Part shown: piece after piece, positions 42,724-52,166 of the stretch | How the letters are laid out: each line of letters opens with the position of its first letter | Numbering within the stretch: the stretch's first letter is position 1 | Virus record (IMG/VR): IMGVR_UViG_3300038314_001147 | Location: 1 to 64,000 of that record | DNA: 64,000 nt | Reading direction: 5' to 3' (one strand) | From: an uncultured virus (IMG/VR IMGVR_UViG_3300038314_001147) | Taxonomy: Duplodnaviria > Heunggongvirae > Uroviricota > Caudoviricetes | The notes under the pieces: model-generated | Database searches by the model: none | Seen by the model: the letters and a program-made list of their open reading frames with translations, nothing else | What the model was told of the DNA's origin: nothing | Program-made: the position numbers and the translations under genes

Positions 42724-44342
42724 TATAAAGCCTCTAAATATTCGTGTAATTGTAGCACCTCTGCTGCATCTAGCTCCTTATATGTAGCTACCATATGAGA
42801 CATACCTCCTGTTAATGGATTTGCAGTTCCGTTCTTAGCCATTACTTCATCTAATATAAATACAGGCAGAACAGGGTCTTGATCTACTTGTGCTACACCA
42901 TCAATATATAATGTAGCTATAAATGCGGGACTAACACATATTGTAATTGTATAAAGTGTATCTTCTGCAAGCTCTGCGGGGGTGTCTAATCCTAAATAAT
43001 CAGTTGCTCCTTCTGCTTTATAATCACATCTATTTTTACCGTGTAATCTAAAAAATGCAGAAGATGCAGTTGTATGTGAACACATAGTTAAATTTGTTGA
43101 GGTTGTTAGTCCTTCGAAAAATCCTCTAAATGTTATGCTATGCCCCATACCGCTAGACCCTAATGATATTCCTCCTCCTGCAGCTTGCATATTATCATTA
43201 ACGCCATATATATGCGTATTAGTCCATAAAGGCTGTCTAGTTGCTGAAGCTTGTGTGAATTCTGTTAAAGAAGCGTCTCTACTAAGCCAACTAGTAACTC
43301 TATCTGAAGCGTCTTTTGTAATTCCTACTTGTGAATCTAACCATAATGCTAAATCAGCACCAAATTCTAATGGAGTCCATGCCATTCTTGATGTTGAAGA
43401 TGTAGCAGCAGCCGGTGTTGGTGGAGAAATCATAGAATATGTTGTCCAAGCTCCAAATGCTCCATCACAATCACATTTAACTCTAACTCGTACTTGCATT
43501 ATCGAAAGAGGATCAATCCCTCCAAAAGAACCAAGAGTTGCACCACCACTCCATGTATCACATCCAGCTGAACTGTAGAACCAGGGATACAATCGCCATG
43601 AAGTTCCATCTTCTGTACTCATTCCACGCAAATTAGGACACATTATTGTTCCATTTGTATCATTATCTCTATCTGTTTCTGATGGATAAGCAGTAAAAGG
43701 ACCAGTTCCCATATTTGGATCATCATAACCTGAAGTTGCATCGCCAATATTAGTCCATGTAGGCATATAAACAGATTGATTTGGTTGATATATATCTATT
43801 TTATTGTAAACTACTCCACTTTGCCAAGCACCAGGAAATTCTCTATAAGCCAATTCTATTTCACAAAAATCCCATCCACATCCGTATCCTGCATTATCAT
43901 CTAAATTTACCGTTACAGCAAATTTATCAACACAATCAATATATCCCCATTCAAAGAAGGGAGTCATAATGCCCATGTCTTCTTCAACAATCGTATTGTT
44001 TATAGGGTATCCAGGATAAGTTTCTTGCATTTCTGCTAGTTCCTGCTGATCTCCATTAATTAATAAGCCAGGATTAATACAATTGTCAAAATAATATTTT
44101 GAGTTAAACCACCATGTAGCATATGTACAAGCTAACATAATATTTTGACGGATAGTTATTTGTCTTTGTTCAGGATTATCAGCATCTAAACTATTTTGTT
44201 TAGGATTTGCTATAAGAATAGCTTTAAGACATTCAATCCAGACATGTTCTCTAAGAGTCATTCCGGTTGTCGTGTTTGCAACTATTCCTCCAGAAGACAG
44301 GGATCCTAATAGTTCCGCTATATCATCAGGTACGTTTGGCAT
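42720..44342 (-). CDS. Putative structural protein with C-terminal LamG/ConA-like domain
   Basis: 'LALWLDS..GIT....VTSW', 'TLYIDGV', 'ELDAAEVLQLHEYL'. Confidence 0.6.
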   Translation of the reverse strand: MPNVPDDIAELLGSLSSGGIVANTTTGMTLREHVWIECLKAILIANPKQNSLDADNPEQRQITIRQNIMLACTYATWWFNSKYYFDNCINPGLLINGDQQELAEMQETYPGYPINNTIVEEDMGIMTPFFEWGYIDCVDKFAVTVNLDDNAGYGCGWDFCEIELAYREFPGAWQSGVVYNKIDIYQPNQSVYMPTWTNIGDATSGYDDPNMGTGPFTAYPSETDRDNDTNGTIMCPNLRGMSTEDGTSWRLYPWFYSSAGCDTWSGGATLGSFGGIDPLSIMQVRVRVKCDCDGAFGAWTTYSMISPPTPAAATSSTSRMAWTPLEFGADLALWLDSQVGITKDASDRVTSWLSRDASLTEFTQASATRQPLWTNTHIYGVNDNMQAAGGGISLGSSGMGHSITFRGFFEGLTTSTNLTMCSHTTASSAFFRLHGKNRCDYKAEGATDYLGLDTPAELAEDTLYTITICVSPAFIATLYIDGVAQVDQDPVLPVFILDEVMAKNGTANPLTGGMSHMVATYKELDAAEVLQLHEYLEALY

Positions 44343-44343
44343 A

Positions 44344-44631
44344 TTATGTTTCTAATTTTTTTTCATAATCATCGAGTGCTATATCTAATAAGATTAAATA
44401 ACCTGCTAGATCTTTTATTGTATCTTTAATCGATGGGTCTCTAACTCCTGCAGGGTTATTCTTTATACGCATAAGTTTATCATCTATTCTACTACATAGG
44501 CTATCAATAGGAATTTGTTTTGAAAATATTCCCGCTGGTTTAAGAGCTGAATCTCCGTAGTTTCTATTTTTCTGCAGTAGTAAGTCTCTGATCTCTTCGC
44601 ATTTCTGCTTTAATCTTGAAGGTGTATCCAT
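44344..44631 (-). CDS. DUF1599 / nucleotide-modification-associated domain 1 protein
   Basis: 'KNRNYGDSA', 'RIDDKLMRI', 'DTIKDLAGYLIL'. Confidence 0.8.
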   Translation of the reverse strand: MDTPSRLKQKCEEIRDLLLQKNRNYGDSALKPAGIFSKQIPIDSLCSRIDDKLMRIKNNPAGVRDPSIKDTIKDLAGYLILLDIALDDYEKKLET

Positions 44632-44635
44632 CTTG

Positions 44636-44643
44636 CAAATATA
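44636..44643 (-). promoter_or_regulatory. Bacteroidota primary-sigma promoter -7 element
   Basis: Minus strand reads TATATTTG-CAAG-ATG. Confidence 0.6.
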
Positions 44644-44655
44644 AGAAAATTATAG

Positions 44656-44844
44656 TTATCTTTTATGTTTTTCATTAAATCTTTTTGTTAGCTCTTTTCC
44701 AATGATTTTACTTATAGTGGATTTATTAAAGTTAAATTTCTCACCTATATTATGAATAGTATCTCCAGTTTGATAATAATAATCCATTATTTTCTTAATT
44801 TTATTATCATCTAATTCACTTATATTATTATATCTTCTTTTCAT
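44656..44844 (-). CDS. Small HTH protein
   Basis: 'TIHNIGEKFNFNKSTISKII'. Confidence 0.7.
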   Translation of the reverse strand: MKRRYNNISELDDNKIKKIMDYYYQTGDTIHNIGEKFNFNKSTISKIIGKELTKRFNEKHKR

Positions 44845-44990
44845 GACCTTGGTCCTGTATCTTGTGACAAGGCACCTGTTAACGTACCTCCTTCGTTTCT
44901 ATTAATTTCTTTTATTATTAAATCTCTTAATTCTTTTCTTATGTTTGAATTCTGTATCCACCTGTTTAACATTTCATCTATTTCTTTCAT
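44841..44990 (-). CDS. 49-aa hypothetical protein (not in ORF track)
   Basis: MKEIDEMLNRW...GPRS; ATGA overlaps at both ends. Confidence 0.55.
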   Translation of the reverse strand: MKEIDEMLNRWIQNSNIRKELRDLIIKEINRNEGGTLTGALSQDTGPRS

Positions 44991-45664
44991 TTTATTATTG
45001 TTTTGGCACAATATGCCTGGTTTATAATTTTTACTTCTTTTTTATAATAATTTTGTATTAAGTTAACAAAATCCCAAAATAATTTATAGAATAATGGATG
45101 CAACCATTGTGGTGACATTGTTATATTTAAATGTTCTATATTTTCTAAATCAATTGTGGGATTTTTAGTATTCATTGCAAAATTAAAATTTCTAGGTCTA
45201 CTAGTAATATCTATTTCTTTAAATTCATAAGAGTTTTTATTTGCTATCCAAGTATATTCTTTTATCAATCTATATTTATCTAAGTATAATATCCATGCTG
45301 ATGGAGTAGCCATATTTAAGTATTCTATAGTCCCTATATCTTGGTGAGAATAAAATATATCATGATGATGATCTATATTTATTATATTAAATGGATTTTT
45401 TTCATTTGCTAACACTTCTAATGGGTATAAGATACCATCGTGTGAAATTGTAAAAGAAATTTGTTCAAATTTAAGAAAATTTATTGACTCTTTGATGACA
45501 TTAGAAATATATTTTAAATTTTTTTTAGATATTTTAACATCTCTTTCATTAACGTTGTTAGCCATCCAGCTCATTTCACCTGGTACATAATATACAGTTT
45601 CTGTATTGTATAAATCAATACATGGTGACATAATAAAATCTAAATCTATAGTTAATATATTCAT
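44987..45664 (-). CDS. UPF0489-like (arginase/deacetylase-fold) protein
   Basis: 'ILTIDLDF', 'SHD', 'INIDHHHD', 'SPQW'; start moved to ATG 45664 (MNILTID). Confidence 0.6.
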   Translation of the reverse strand: MNILTIDLDFIMSPCIDLYNTETVYYVPGEMSWMANNVNERDVKISKKNLKYISNVIKESINFLKFEQISFTISHDGILYPLEVLANEKNPFNIINIDHHHDIFYSHQDIGTIEYLNMATPSAWILYLDKYRLIKEYTWIANKNSYEFKEIDITSRPRNFNFAMNTKNPTIDLENIEHLNITMSPQWLHPLFYKLFWDFVNLIQNYYKKEVKIINQAYCAKTIIK

Positions 45665-45687
45665 AATTAAAGTGTTATAGGCGAGGC

Positions 45688-45808
45688 GATAGGACCCCCC
45701 CATAACATGCGTTCTTTAACTCCCGCTGCGTATAAAAACACGGTTCGATTAATCCGTTAGTCGGGTACGCAGCAGGCATGCCTATCCATGTTTATTTCCA
45801 TCCGACTA
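45688..45808 (-). ncRNA. Candidate structured RNA, family unknown
   Basis: GC-rich intergenic island with nested stems GAUAGG/CCUAUC, CAUGC/GCAUG, CCUGCUGCGUA/UACGCAGCGGG, ACGG/CCGU. Confidence 0.5.
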
Positions 45809-45809
45809 T

Positions 45810-46124
45810 TTAATTTAAGCATCTTGATTTTCCACATCTTTGATATTTATTTATATCTAATATCTTTACTATCTTCGATTCAAATTGCTTTCTTTTGTAA
45901 TTTAAGTCTTTACATAATCTAGCTAAGACTAGACCGCAAGATTTAATTCTATCATCACTACCTTTTACAATTACCATGGTATGATGACCATTAGGTTCAT
46001 ATTTTCCATTTCTCATTCTTTTAGCTATAGTTATTTCAGCTAACCAAATAGTATATTCACATATTAAATTACCTCTACTTTCTTCGCTTTCGTGTACTCT
46101 GGACACGTTTGATTCATCGGACAT
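45810..46124 (-). CDS. Hypothetical protein (start uncertain)
   Basis: ORF in operon orientation. Confidence 0.5.
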   Translation of the reverse strand: MSDESNVSRVHESEESRGNLICEYTIWLAEITIAKRMRNGKYEPNGHHTMVIVKGSDDRIKSCGLVLARLCKDLNYKRKQFESKIVKILDINKYQRCGKSRCLN

Positions 46125-46834
46125 AATTTACAGTTTGAATAAGAAGGATTATAACCCCAATCATTTTTCTCATGATAAAGTATTTTATCTAAAGTTCTTC
46201 TTATAGATTCATCTAATTCCGCTTTATCCATATTTGTTATTTCCTTTCTTATAATTTTGTAAGAGGGATTTGGAGCGTAATCAAATACTAAGTAATAAAA
46301 TGGTAGCTGTTCTCCTGTCATTTGTTCATATAAATATGTATACATTACAGCTTGCGTATGATCCATATTATGTGGAAAATGCCAAGACCAATCTCCAAAT
46401 TCTTTATAAATACTACTAGTCAATTTAATGTCAACAATAGCCTTATCTACATCTCCTAATACATCATCATGTAGAGATGCTAGACAATCTAATGTGCCAT
46501 TTAATTCAAGATTATCATCAAACTTATATGTTAATACTGTCTGTGTATCTAATATTACCATATTATGAAGACCTAATGTTTTTTGAAAGTCTCTTACTTG
46601 TTTATCGACTCTTTGATGAGATGCACTTTTAGTTCCGTTTTTTAATAAAGGTAAATTATTAACAGATTGACCATGAGCTCCACTTCCAATTACTTGTGTT
46701 TCAAAGTATAATCCACGGAGCATAGCTATGGAAGGTTTAGAAGCATAATTTTTATCTATGTATACTTCTTTAATATATGTTGGGCAGTAGTCTTGTTTAA
46801 ATAACTTAATTAAGGTTTGTGAAATTTTATACAT
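46064..46834 (-). CDS. PD-(D/E)xK (Cas4/RecB-like) exonuclease
   Basis: 'GTLDCL', 'IVDIKLT', 'QAVMY', C-terminal 'CKLC....C'. Confidence 0.8.
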   Translation of the reverse strand: MYKISQTLIKLFKQDYCPTYIKEVYIDKNYASKPSIAMLRGLYFETQVIGSGAHGQSVNNLPLLKNGTKSASHQRVDKQVRDFQKTLGLHNMVILDTQTVLTYKFDDNLELNGTLDCLASLHDDVLGDVDKAIVDIKLTSSIYKEFGDWSWHFPHNMDHTQAVMYTYLYEQMTGEQLPFYYLVFDYAPNPSYKIIRKEITNMDKAELDESIRRTLDKILYHEKNDWGYNPSYSNCKLCPMNQTCPEYTKAKKVEVI

Positions 46835-47073
46835 TACAGTTCAATGGGCTTACATCCTATAAGTTTACACCATTCATGACATAACATTCCATAACTTTCT
46901 GTTATAGTTATATCTCTTCCGCCTATAAATACTACGGTTTCCTCTTCTGTAAATTTACATATAGCTTCTACTTTGTTTAAATCCAATAGTAGTTCTTCTT
47001 TTTCATCTATTTCTCTACCTATCTTCTGTGCTGTTCTTGGATCTCTGTATACTACCTGTGTTCTTATTATCAT
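46834..47073 (-). CDS. Hypothetical protein
   Basis: 79 aa, coupled to nuclease gene. Confidence 0.6.
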   Translation of the reverse strand: MIIRTQVVYRDPRTAQKIGREIDEKEELLLDLNKVEAICKFTEEETVVFIGGRDITITESYGMLCHEWCKLIGCKPIEL

Positions 47074-48025
47074 AATTGTATATTTTTATTAATAATTCTC
47101 TTGTACCAGTGGATGTGTCTTTAAAGAAATCTGATATATCTTTCCCTTCAAAATCTAATTCACTTAGTTTTATTTTTCTTATGCCATATTCTTTACTTAT
47201 AGCGTCTTCTGCCTCTTGCCCAGTCTTATCTATGTCGTAACATATAGCTATTTCAGTTGACAAAGTTAACAATTTTAAATGTAAATCTTCATAATATACT
47301 GCTTTTTCTGAACTTAAGGCAATTCCTCTGATACCAGTGTTGGAATATAAAGATAATACATCTTTTTGTCCTGCACAAATTATAACAATCTCTTGTTTTT
47401 CTGTTATTTGATTGATACCAAATATATCTGTGCTCTTAGTGTTACATACAAATTTATATTTTTTATTTGCAGTAAGAGGTCTATATAACTTTACACCATC
47501 ATCATCATAAATATATGCAAATATAGGATCAGTACTTGTTGATTGAAATGTAAATCCTCCTATTTTAAACCATTCTATTGCTTTTACTTTATACTCTTCT
47601 AGATATGATTTATGTATTCCAAATTGCATCCAATATAGTAATTCATGCTGTCTGAAATCTCTTGCTAAATATTCAATCTTCTTTCTTTTCTTGATATATA
47701 GTTTAGGGATCTTAATTTTCTTTTCTGGCATTGTAAAATCATCAAAATCTAATACATTAAAGTCATTAGCGACAATTTCTAATGCAGTTTTAAAGTCACA
47801 TCCAAATAATTGCATGACGAATTCAAAACAATCTCCTCTATCCCCCGCAAAATCCTTGTAATAAACGTTACCAGTTTCATTTCTGTAAATATTAAAAGAA
47901 GGATTTTTATCAACCCTTAGGGGAGACTTTATAGACTTTCCAAATCTGATATCTTCGTCAATATATCGATTGAAAATATCTATAGGTCTCACCCTGTTAA
48001 GGATTTTCTTTTTAAGATCATTCAT
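47015..48025 (-). CDS. dnaG: DNA primase (DnaG-like, TOPRIM)
   Basis: 'SPLRVDKNPSF', 'YKDF..GDCFEFV', 'KLYRP', 'GQKDVL', 'CYDID', 'KDISD'. Confidence 0.85.
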   Translation of the reverse strand: MNDLKKKILNRVRPIDIFNRYIDEDIRFGKSIKSPLRVDKNPSFNIYRNETGNVYYKDFAGDRGDCFEFVMQLFGCDFKTALEIVANDFNVLDFDDFTMPEKKIKIPKLYIKKRKKIEYLARDFRQHELLYWMQFGIHKSYLEEYKVKAIEWFKIGGFTFQSTSTDPIFAYIYDDDGVKLYRPLTANKKYKFVCNTKSTDIFGINQITEKQEIVIICAGQKDVLSLYSNTGIRGIALSSEKAVYYEDLHLKLLTLSTEIAICYDIDKTGQEAEDAISKEYGIRKIKLSELDFEGKDISDFFKDTSTGTRELLIKIYNYDNKNTGSIQRSKNSTEDR

Positions 48026-48464
48026 TAAGCTTAATGATTAACTCAGTTAATTCACCACTTATAGAGCATCTTTTTCCATATACAGTGAATTGTCCTGTTC
48101 TGTCTAATTCTCCGTGAACTTCTAATGCAATATCTATTTCCCATAGATCATGAGCCATAGCAATTCCTATTTTTTCAATAAAATCACTACTATCACCCAT
48201 ATCTAATTCATCACTAAATAAGTTTAACTGATTTTCTTTATGATTAATCTTATCATAAGTAGATTCATTAAAGTTATGTACATCATCGGATAGAAACGAA
48301 TCATCATTCAGTCGTTTTGGTATTTGAACTTTACTGTCTTCTCCTTTTACGGATTTTTCGAAGTTTTCAGCATCTTCGAGGTCTTTTTTAGAAAATTTTC
48401 CTAGTTTGTTTACGTTTTTTTTATTCATCTTCTGTGTTATTTTGTACAAATTGCATTCCATCAC
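48018..48464 (-). CDS. Hypothetical protein
   Basis: ORF in operon; true start probably internal (MNKKN). Confidence 0.55.
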   Translation of the reverse strand: MMECNLYKITQKMNKKNVNKLGKFSKKDLEDAENFEKSVKGEDSKVQIPKRLNDDSFLSDDVHNFNESTYDKINHKENQLNLFSDELDMGDSSDFIEKIGIAMAHDLWEIDIALEVHGELDRTGQFTVYGKRCSISGELTELIIKLNE

Positions 48465-49902
48465 TTATATATGCAGGATGGCTAAAATTATCATCGACAT
48501 AGCTATATATATAATCATCAAGTAATTTTGATTCCCTTTCATTTAATTGTTTTGGAGTTGCTAAATTCCCATTATAATAACAGCTTACATTTTTCATTCT
48601 AATAGATTTCTTTAAAGCATCACAAGCGGATATACTTTGACTTACACTCAATATAAATGAATGATCGTTATATGTATCCCATGAGTCTTCACAATCAGTT
48701 ATGATTAATGCGGGTAATCCTGCGTCCTTTGCATGTCTCATAACCTTATCTATGTCAGTTCCTCCAGCCACACGAATCATGTTAATGTCATTAGGTTTAA
48801 CGGGAGTAATTCTATTATTAAATACATAAGCTGTTTTTACCATATTCATTGAAATAAATTTTCTTGCAAGAGCTTTTGCTAATTGCAGACATGAAGCAGC
48901 ACCTTGATTACCTGATCGGTGATGGTGGTGATAACCACCACCATTCCAAACTGAAGCATCTACAGTATTACTATCCATTGATCCGCTAATATCAATATAT
49001 AAGTTGAAATAGAAATTCTTATAAATTGAATCAGCCATTGCGTTCATTATCAATGCAACATGTGAAAAGTCTTCATAGCTTGTAATGTCTAAAATTTCTT
49101 CAGCTTCAAATATACTCTCTTCCTTTTTCACTTGCTTACCTACGCTACTATGTTTAAATCTTCTAATAGATTGTTTAATAAAAGATTCTAATTGCTTTAA
49201 AGGAAATCCTGCGTCTAATTTACCTGAATCAATATATCTATCAATGTCTTCTGGTGAATAATCTCCAGCACTATTTTGACCACCTTCCATCCCCTCAACT
49301 TGTTGTAATTTTCCAATTTGTTCTTGAGCTTCAGTGGTACCTTCCTTAAGTGCAGACTTAATACTTTTTAAGAATTCTTGATATTCTTCACTATTTAAAA
49401 CATTTTGATCAGGCTTAGGAGCTAGTTTAGCTATATGAATTGGTTTAAGTCCTTTAGCTTTTCTTTTATTATCTAAATCCTTAGCTCTTTGCAGTTGTTT
49501 CATCCACTTAACCATTCTCTTGATTTCATTATTTCTTTTATTGTTTAATGATTTCCATCCTCTAGTTTTCTTTAACGTTGCGGATAAACTTCTAAGAATA
49601 TGAAGTGTTGCTAAATAACTATAGCCTAATCTACCTTCAGTTATTGTTTTCAATAAGTAATTTCCTGAGCCTGCTAATATTTTTTGCCACCACATCATAG
49701 ATGGAGGTATAACATATCTTAACTCTACATTGAAGTAATATTTAAATATGTCTCTAATCATAAAATCAGGTACGGATTTACCTATATCTTTGCGACTTTG
49801 TAAGTTCGCTACTAATTTGGACTCTATATACCAAGGTAGATCTGGTTGAGTAATATCTACCTTAGTATATATGCCCGGTACTACATTCGTTGAATTACGC
49901 AT
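48421..49902 (-). CDS. VWA (MIDAS) domain protein, ViaA-like MoxR partner
   Basis: DxSxS 'DISGSM', 'GGTDI', 'ITD'. Confidence 0.8.
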   Translation of the reverse strand: MRNSTNVVPGIYTKVDITQPDLPWYIESKLVANLQSRKDIGKSVPDFMIRDIFKYYFNVELRYVIPPSMMWWQKILAGSGNYLLKTITEGRLGYSYLATLHILRSLSATLKKTRGWKSLNNKRNNEIKRMVKWMKQLQRAKDLDNKRKAKGLKPIHIAKLAPKPDQNVLNSEEYQEFLKSIKSALKEGTTEAQEQIGKLQQVEGMEGGQNSAGDYSPEDIDRYIDSGKLDAGFPLKQLESFIKQSIRRFKHSSVGKQVKKEESIFEAEEILDITSYEDFSHVALIMNAMADSIYKNFYFNLYIDISGSMDSNTVDASVWNGGGYHHHHRSGNQGAASCLQLAKALARKFISMNMVKTAYVFNNRITPVKPNDINMIRVAGGTDIDKVMRHAKDAGLPALIITDCEDSWDTYNDHSFILSVSQSISACDALKKSIRMKNVSCYYNGNLATPKQLNERESKLLDDYIYSYVDDNFSHPAYISDGMQFVQNNTEDE

Positions 49903-51101
49903 TAAAAGTCGAGGTTTGTATTTTCTTCTGACTCGTCAAGTCGCTTTTTGTATTCATCTGAATGAGGAGTTATTGCAGGATCTTCTCCACAATCAAGATT
50001 CTTTATTGTCTCAATAGCTTCATTTCTTTCATCTTCTTCCTTTCTTATTTCCTCATTAGCTTCTTTAATAGATAGAAGTGCTTTACCAATAGTTTCATTT
50101 TGCATAATTATTTTTAAGAAATGAGATGTGGTCTCTTTAGTTTCATCATCGACTTCATTAGACATTTGAACAGCTGCTTCTTTTGCTTCTAATTCTTTAA
50201 CGCTCTCTAATAAAACTTCAGGATCTGTATCTTCATCCATGCACTCTAAATCCTTGTAAAGAGAATTAAATTCTAATACCGTTGGATGTTCTAATGAATT
50301 AGATACTTCAGTTATACAGTCTGGACATACCATAGTGGCAGCTTTCATAATTGCTTGAGCATCAGGGCATTTGAACACAAGTTTAATTCCTTTAACTAAT
50401 TTTGGAATATGAGCTAATGTTCTATCTGATACATTTTCATAAATAATTTCTACAAATTTATTTAATAATCCTTCGTTAATTTTACAGTTAGCGAAATCTT
50501 GTATCTGAGGAACATTAATTTTAAGAAGCGACTTTCCTTTTTGGTCGTAAAGTCCTTTCCACATGTCATTTATTTTATCTGCTCCAATTCTTTCTACTTT
50601 GTGTACAGCTACAAATCTATCCCAAAATGGTGAATCTTTTTCATCCTCTGGAATTTCATTACAGCTGGCTGCAAATAACTTCCAATGACATTTTTTAATT
50701 TCACCTCCATAGAATAGAGCTTTTTCCCTCATAACTGATAACAAAGTATTTCTTATCCCTGAGGATCCTTTATCTACTTCATTAATAAGAATATACTCTG
50801 CATCTGCAATTGGTGCATCGATTACATATTCTTTGTCTTCTAGTAGCTTCTTCATATCTACTCTTCCTGATATTTGAGAAGTTCTTGTACCTTCGTCTGT
50901 TTCGATAATAAATGATTTTGCTCTAACTCGCACTCTATCGTGATCAAACATAGCGGATGCATAATCTAAAAGAGCCTGGGTTTTGCCTACTCCAGGTTCT
51001 CCTAGTAATAAGATTGGCATTTTAATTGCTTCTGCAACTGCCAACATTCTGAACAATTCGTCCTTTGCTAAGAGATTTGTTTTAATGGTTCTTAAAATCA
51101 T
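49902..51101 (-). CDS. MoxR-family AAA+ ATPase (RavA-like)
   Basis: 'GEPGVGKT', 'LINEVDK', 'RNTLLSVMRE', 'ASCNEIP', 'FWDRF'. Confidence 0.8.
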   Translation of the reverse strand: MILRTIKTNLLAKDELFRMLAVAEAIKMPILLLGEPGVGKTQALLDYASAMFDHDRVRVRAKSFIIETDEGTRTSQISGRVDMKKLLEDKEYVIDAPIADAEYILINEVDKGSSGIRNTLLSVMREKALFYGGEIKKCHWKLFAASCNEIPEDEKDSPFWDRFVAVHKVERIGADKINDMWKGLYDQKGKSLLKINVPQIQDFANCKINEGLLNKFVEIIYENVSDRTLAHIPKLVKGIKLVFKCPDAQAIMKAATMVCPDCITEVSNSLEHPTVLEFNSLYKDLECMDEDTDPEVLLESVKELEAKEAAVQMSNEVDDETKETTSHFLKIIMQNETIGKALLSIKEANEEIRKEEDERNEAIETIKNLDCGEDPAITPHSDEYKKRLDESEENTNLDF

Positions 51102-51103
51102 AT

Positions 51104-51745
51104 CTAGAACGGAAGATCGTCTTCTTCGTCTTCTGAATCAGTTGGACTATTATCATGATCTTCAGCTTTCTTTTCTGTCACGACTGATCCATTTAATTCT
51201 TCAAACTTTAATAATTTATCTTTCTCATCATCGGTTAATTCACGGATGAGTTTATCTGGTTTAACAGAAAAACTATCATCATCAATAGCTCCGCAGTACC
51301 AGAATTCAGGCTGATCAACAACTTTCATTCTATCTATTCCATCCTTGTCTGTAAAAGAGTATAGAGATTGTCTATGTCTAACAGCAACTTGCAGATCCTG
51401 CCCAAGAAATTGTTTAACTTGGTTTATGACATCATTAATATCATTGCATTCTTGTAAGGTATATTTATATCCTTTAAATAAGAATTCAACGAATCTTTCT
51501 TTAGCAATTTCGCTTCCATTGCCATCCATTTTAAATGCAGCACTTACTGGTCTGTATTCATCTGATAAAGTCATTTGAATAATAACCATAGGCATTCCAT
51601 CTTTTTTGGAATCCTTATGCTCTACATTAGATAATGTTAATACCTGCTTTCCAGCCGGTACAATTGGGAGTTTTGCTTTATAGCCTCCCCTTTCTTGGAC
51701 GTTTTTTACCGTCTTTTTGATCAAATCTGAATTAAATAATCCCAT
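51104..51745 (-). CDS. Putative single-stranded DNA-binding protein
   Basis: Beta-rich core with acidic tail ending 'EEDDLPF'; near AAA_24 gene. Confidence 0.65.
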   Translation of the reverse strand: MGLFNSDLIKKTVKNVQERGGYKAKLPIVPAGKQVLTLSNVEHKDSKKDGMPMVIIQMTLSDEYRPVSAAFKMDGNGSEIAKERFVEFLFKGYKYTLQECNDINDVINQVKQFLGQDLQVAVRHRQSLYSFTDKDGIDRMKVVDQPEFWYCGAIDDDSFSVKPDKLIRELTDDEKDKLLKFEELNGSVVTEKKAEDHDNSPTDSEDEEDDLPF

Positions 51746-51779
51746 AATTTTTTCATTTTTTAATAATTAATAATTGTGT

Positions 51780-52166
51780 TTAAAATCCATCATATACTTT
51801 CTTCTCGAAAGTAAATTTTTCAATAGGTATATATATTTTCTTTTCAATACCTTGTGTTTTAAAGTGAAGAAACGATCCGTGTTCTAGAGCGTCTTTAGCA
51901 GTGATTCTATAAATTCCCTTTTCTGTGCGAATATTTATTGATCCGCTTAGTGCTTTAGCTAATGTATATGGTATAGACCATGCATTTGCTTTTCTATAGA
52001 TATGAATTTCTTCTTCGTCTTTAAAGTAACTTATTTTTCCATTAGAATGGTTAAGAATTTGTCCTATTCGTCTGGGATATTTATCCCTTTTTAGGTTCAA
52101 AAATACATTATTTTCTTTAATTGTCAAAGAGTTTCCATCATTATCTTTTGGAAATTTACGCATCAT
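51780..52166 (-). CDS. Hypothetical protein
   Basis: 128 aa in operon. Confidence 0.6.
   Translation of the reverse strand: MMRKFPKDNDGNSLTIKENNVFLNLKRDKYPRRIGQILNHSNGKISYFKDEEEIHIYRKANAWSIPYTLAKALSGSINIRTEKGIYRITAKDALEHGSFLHFKTQGIEKKIYIPIEKFTFEKKVYDGF

Noticed and set aside
30100..44342. Diversity-generating retroelement acting on tail genes
   Set aside because: No reverse transcriptase and no template/variable repeat pair noticed
45741..45756. GGTTCGATT resembling a tRNA T-loop
   Set aside because: No cloverleaf, D-arm or acceptor stem; wobble pattern favours the opposite strand
46064..46834. Cas4-like nuclease as evidence for CRISPR-Cas
   Set aside because: Stand-alone PD-(D/E)xK nucleases are common in phage replication modules; no other cas genes or repeats
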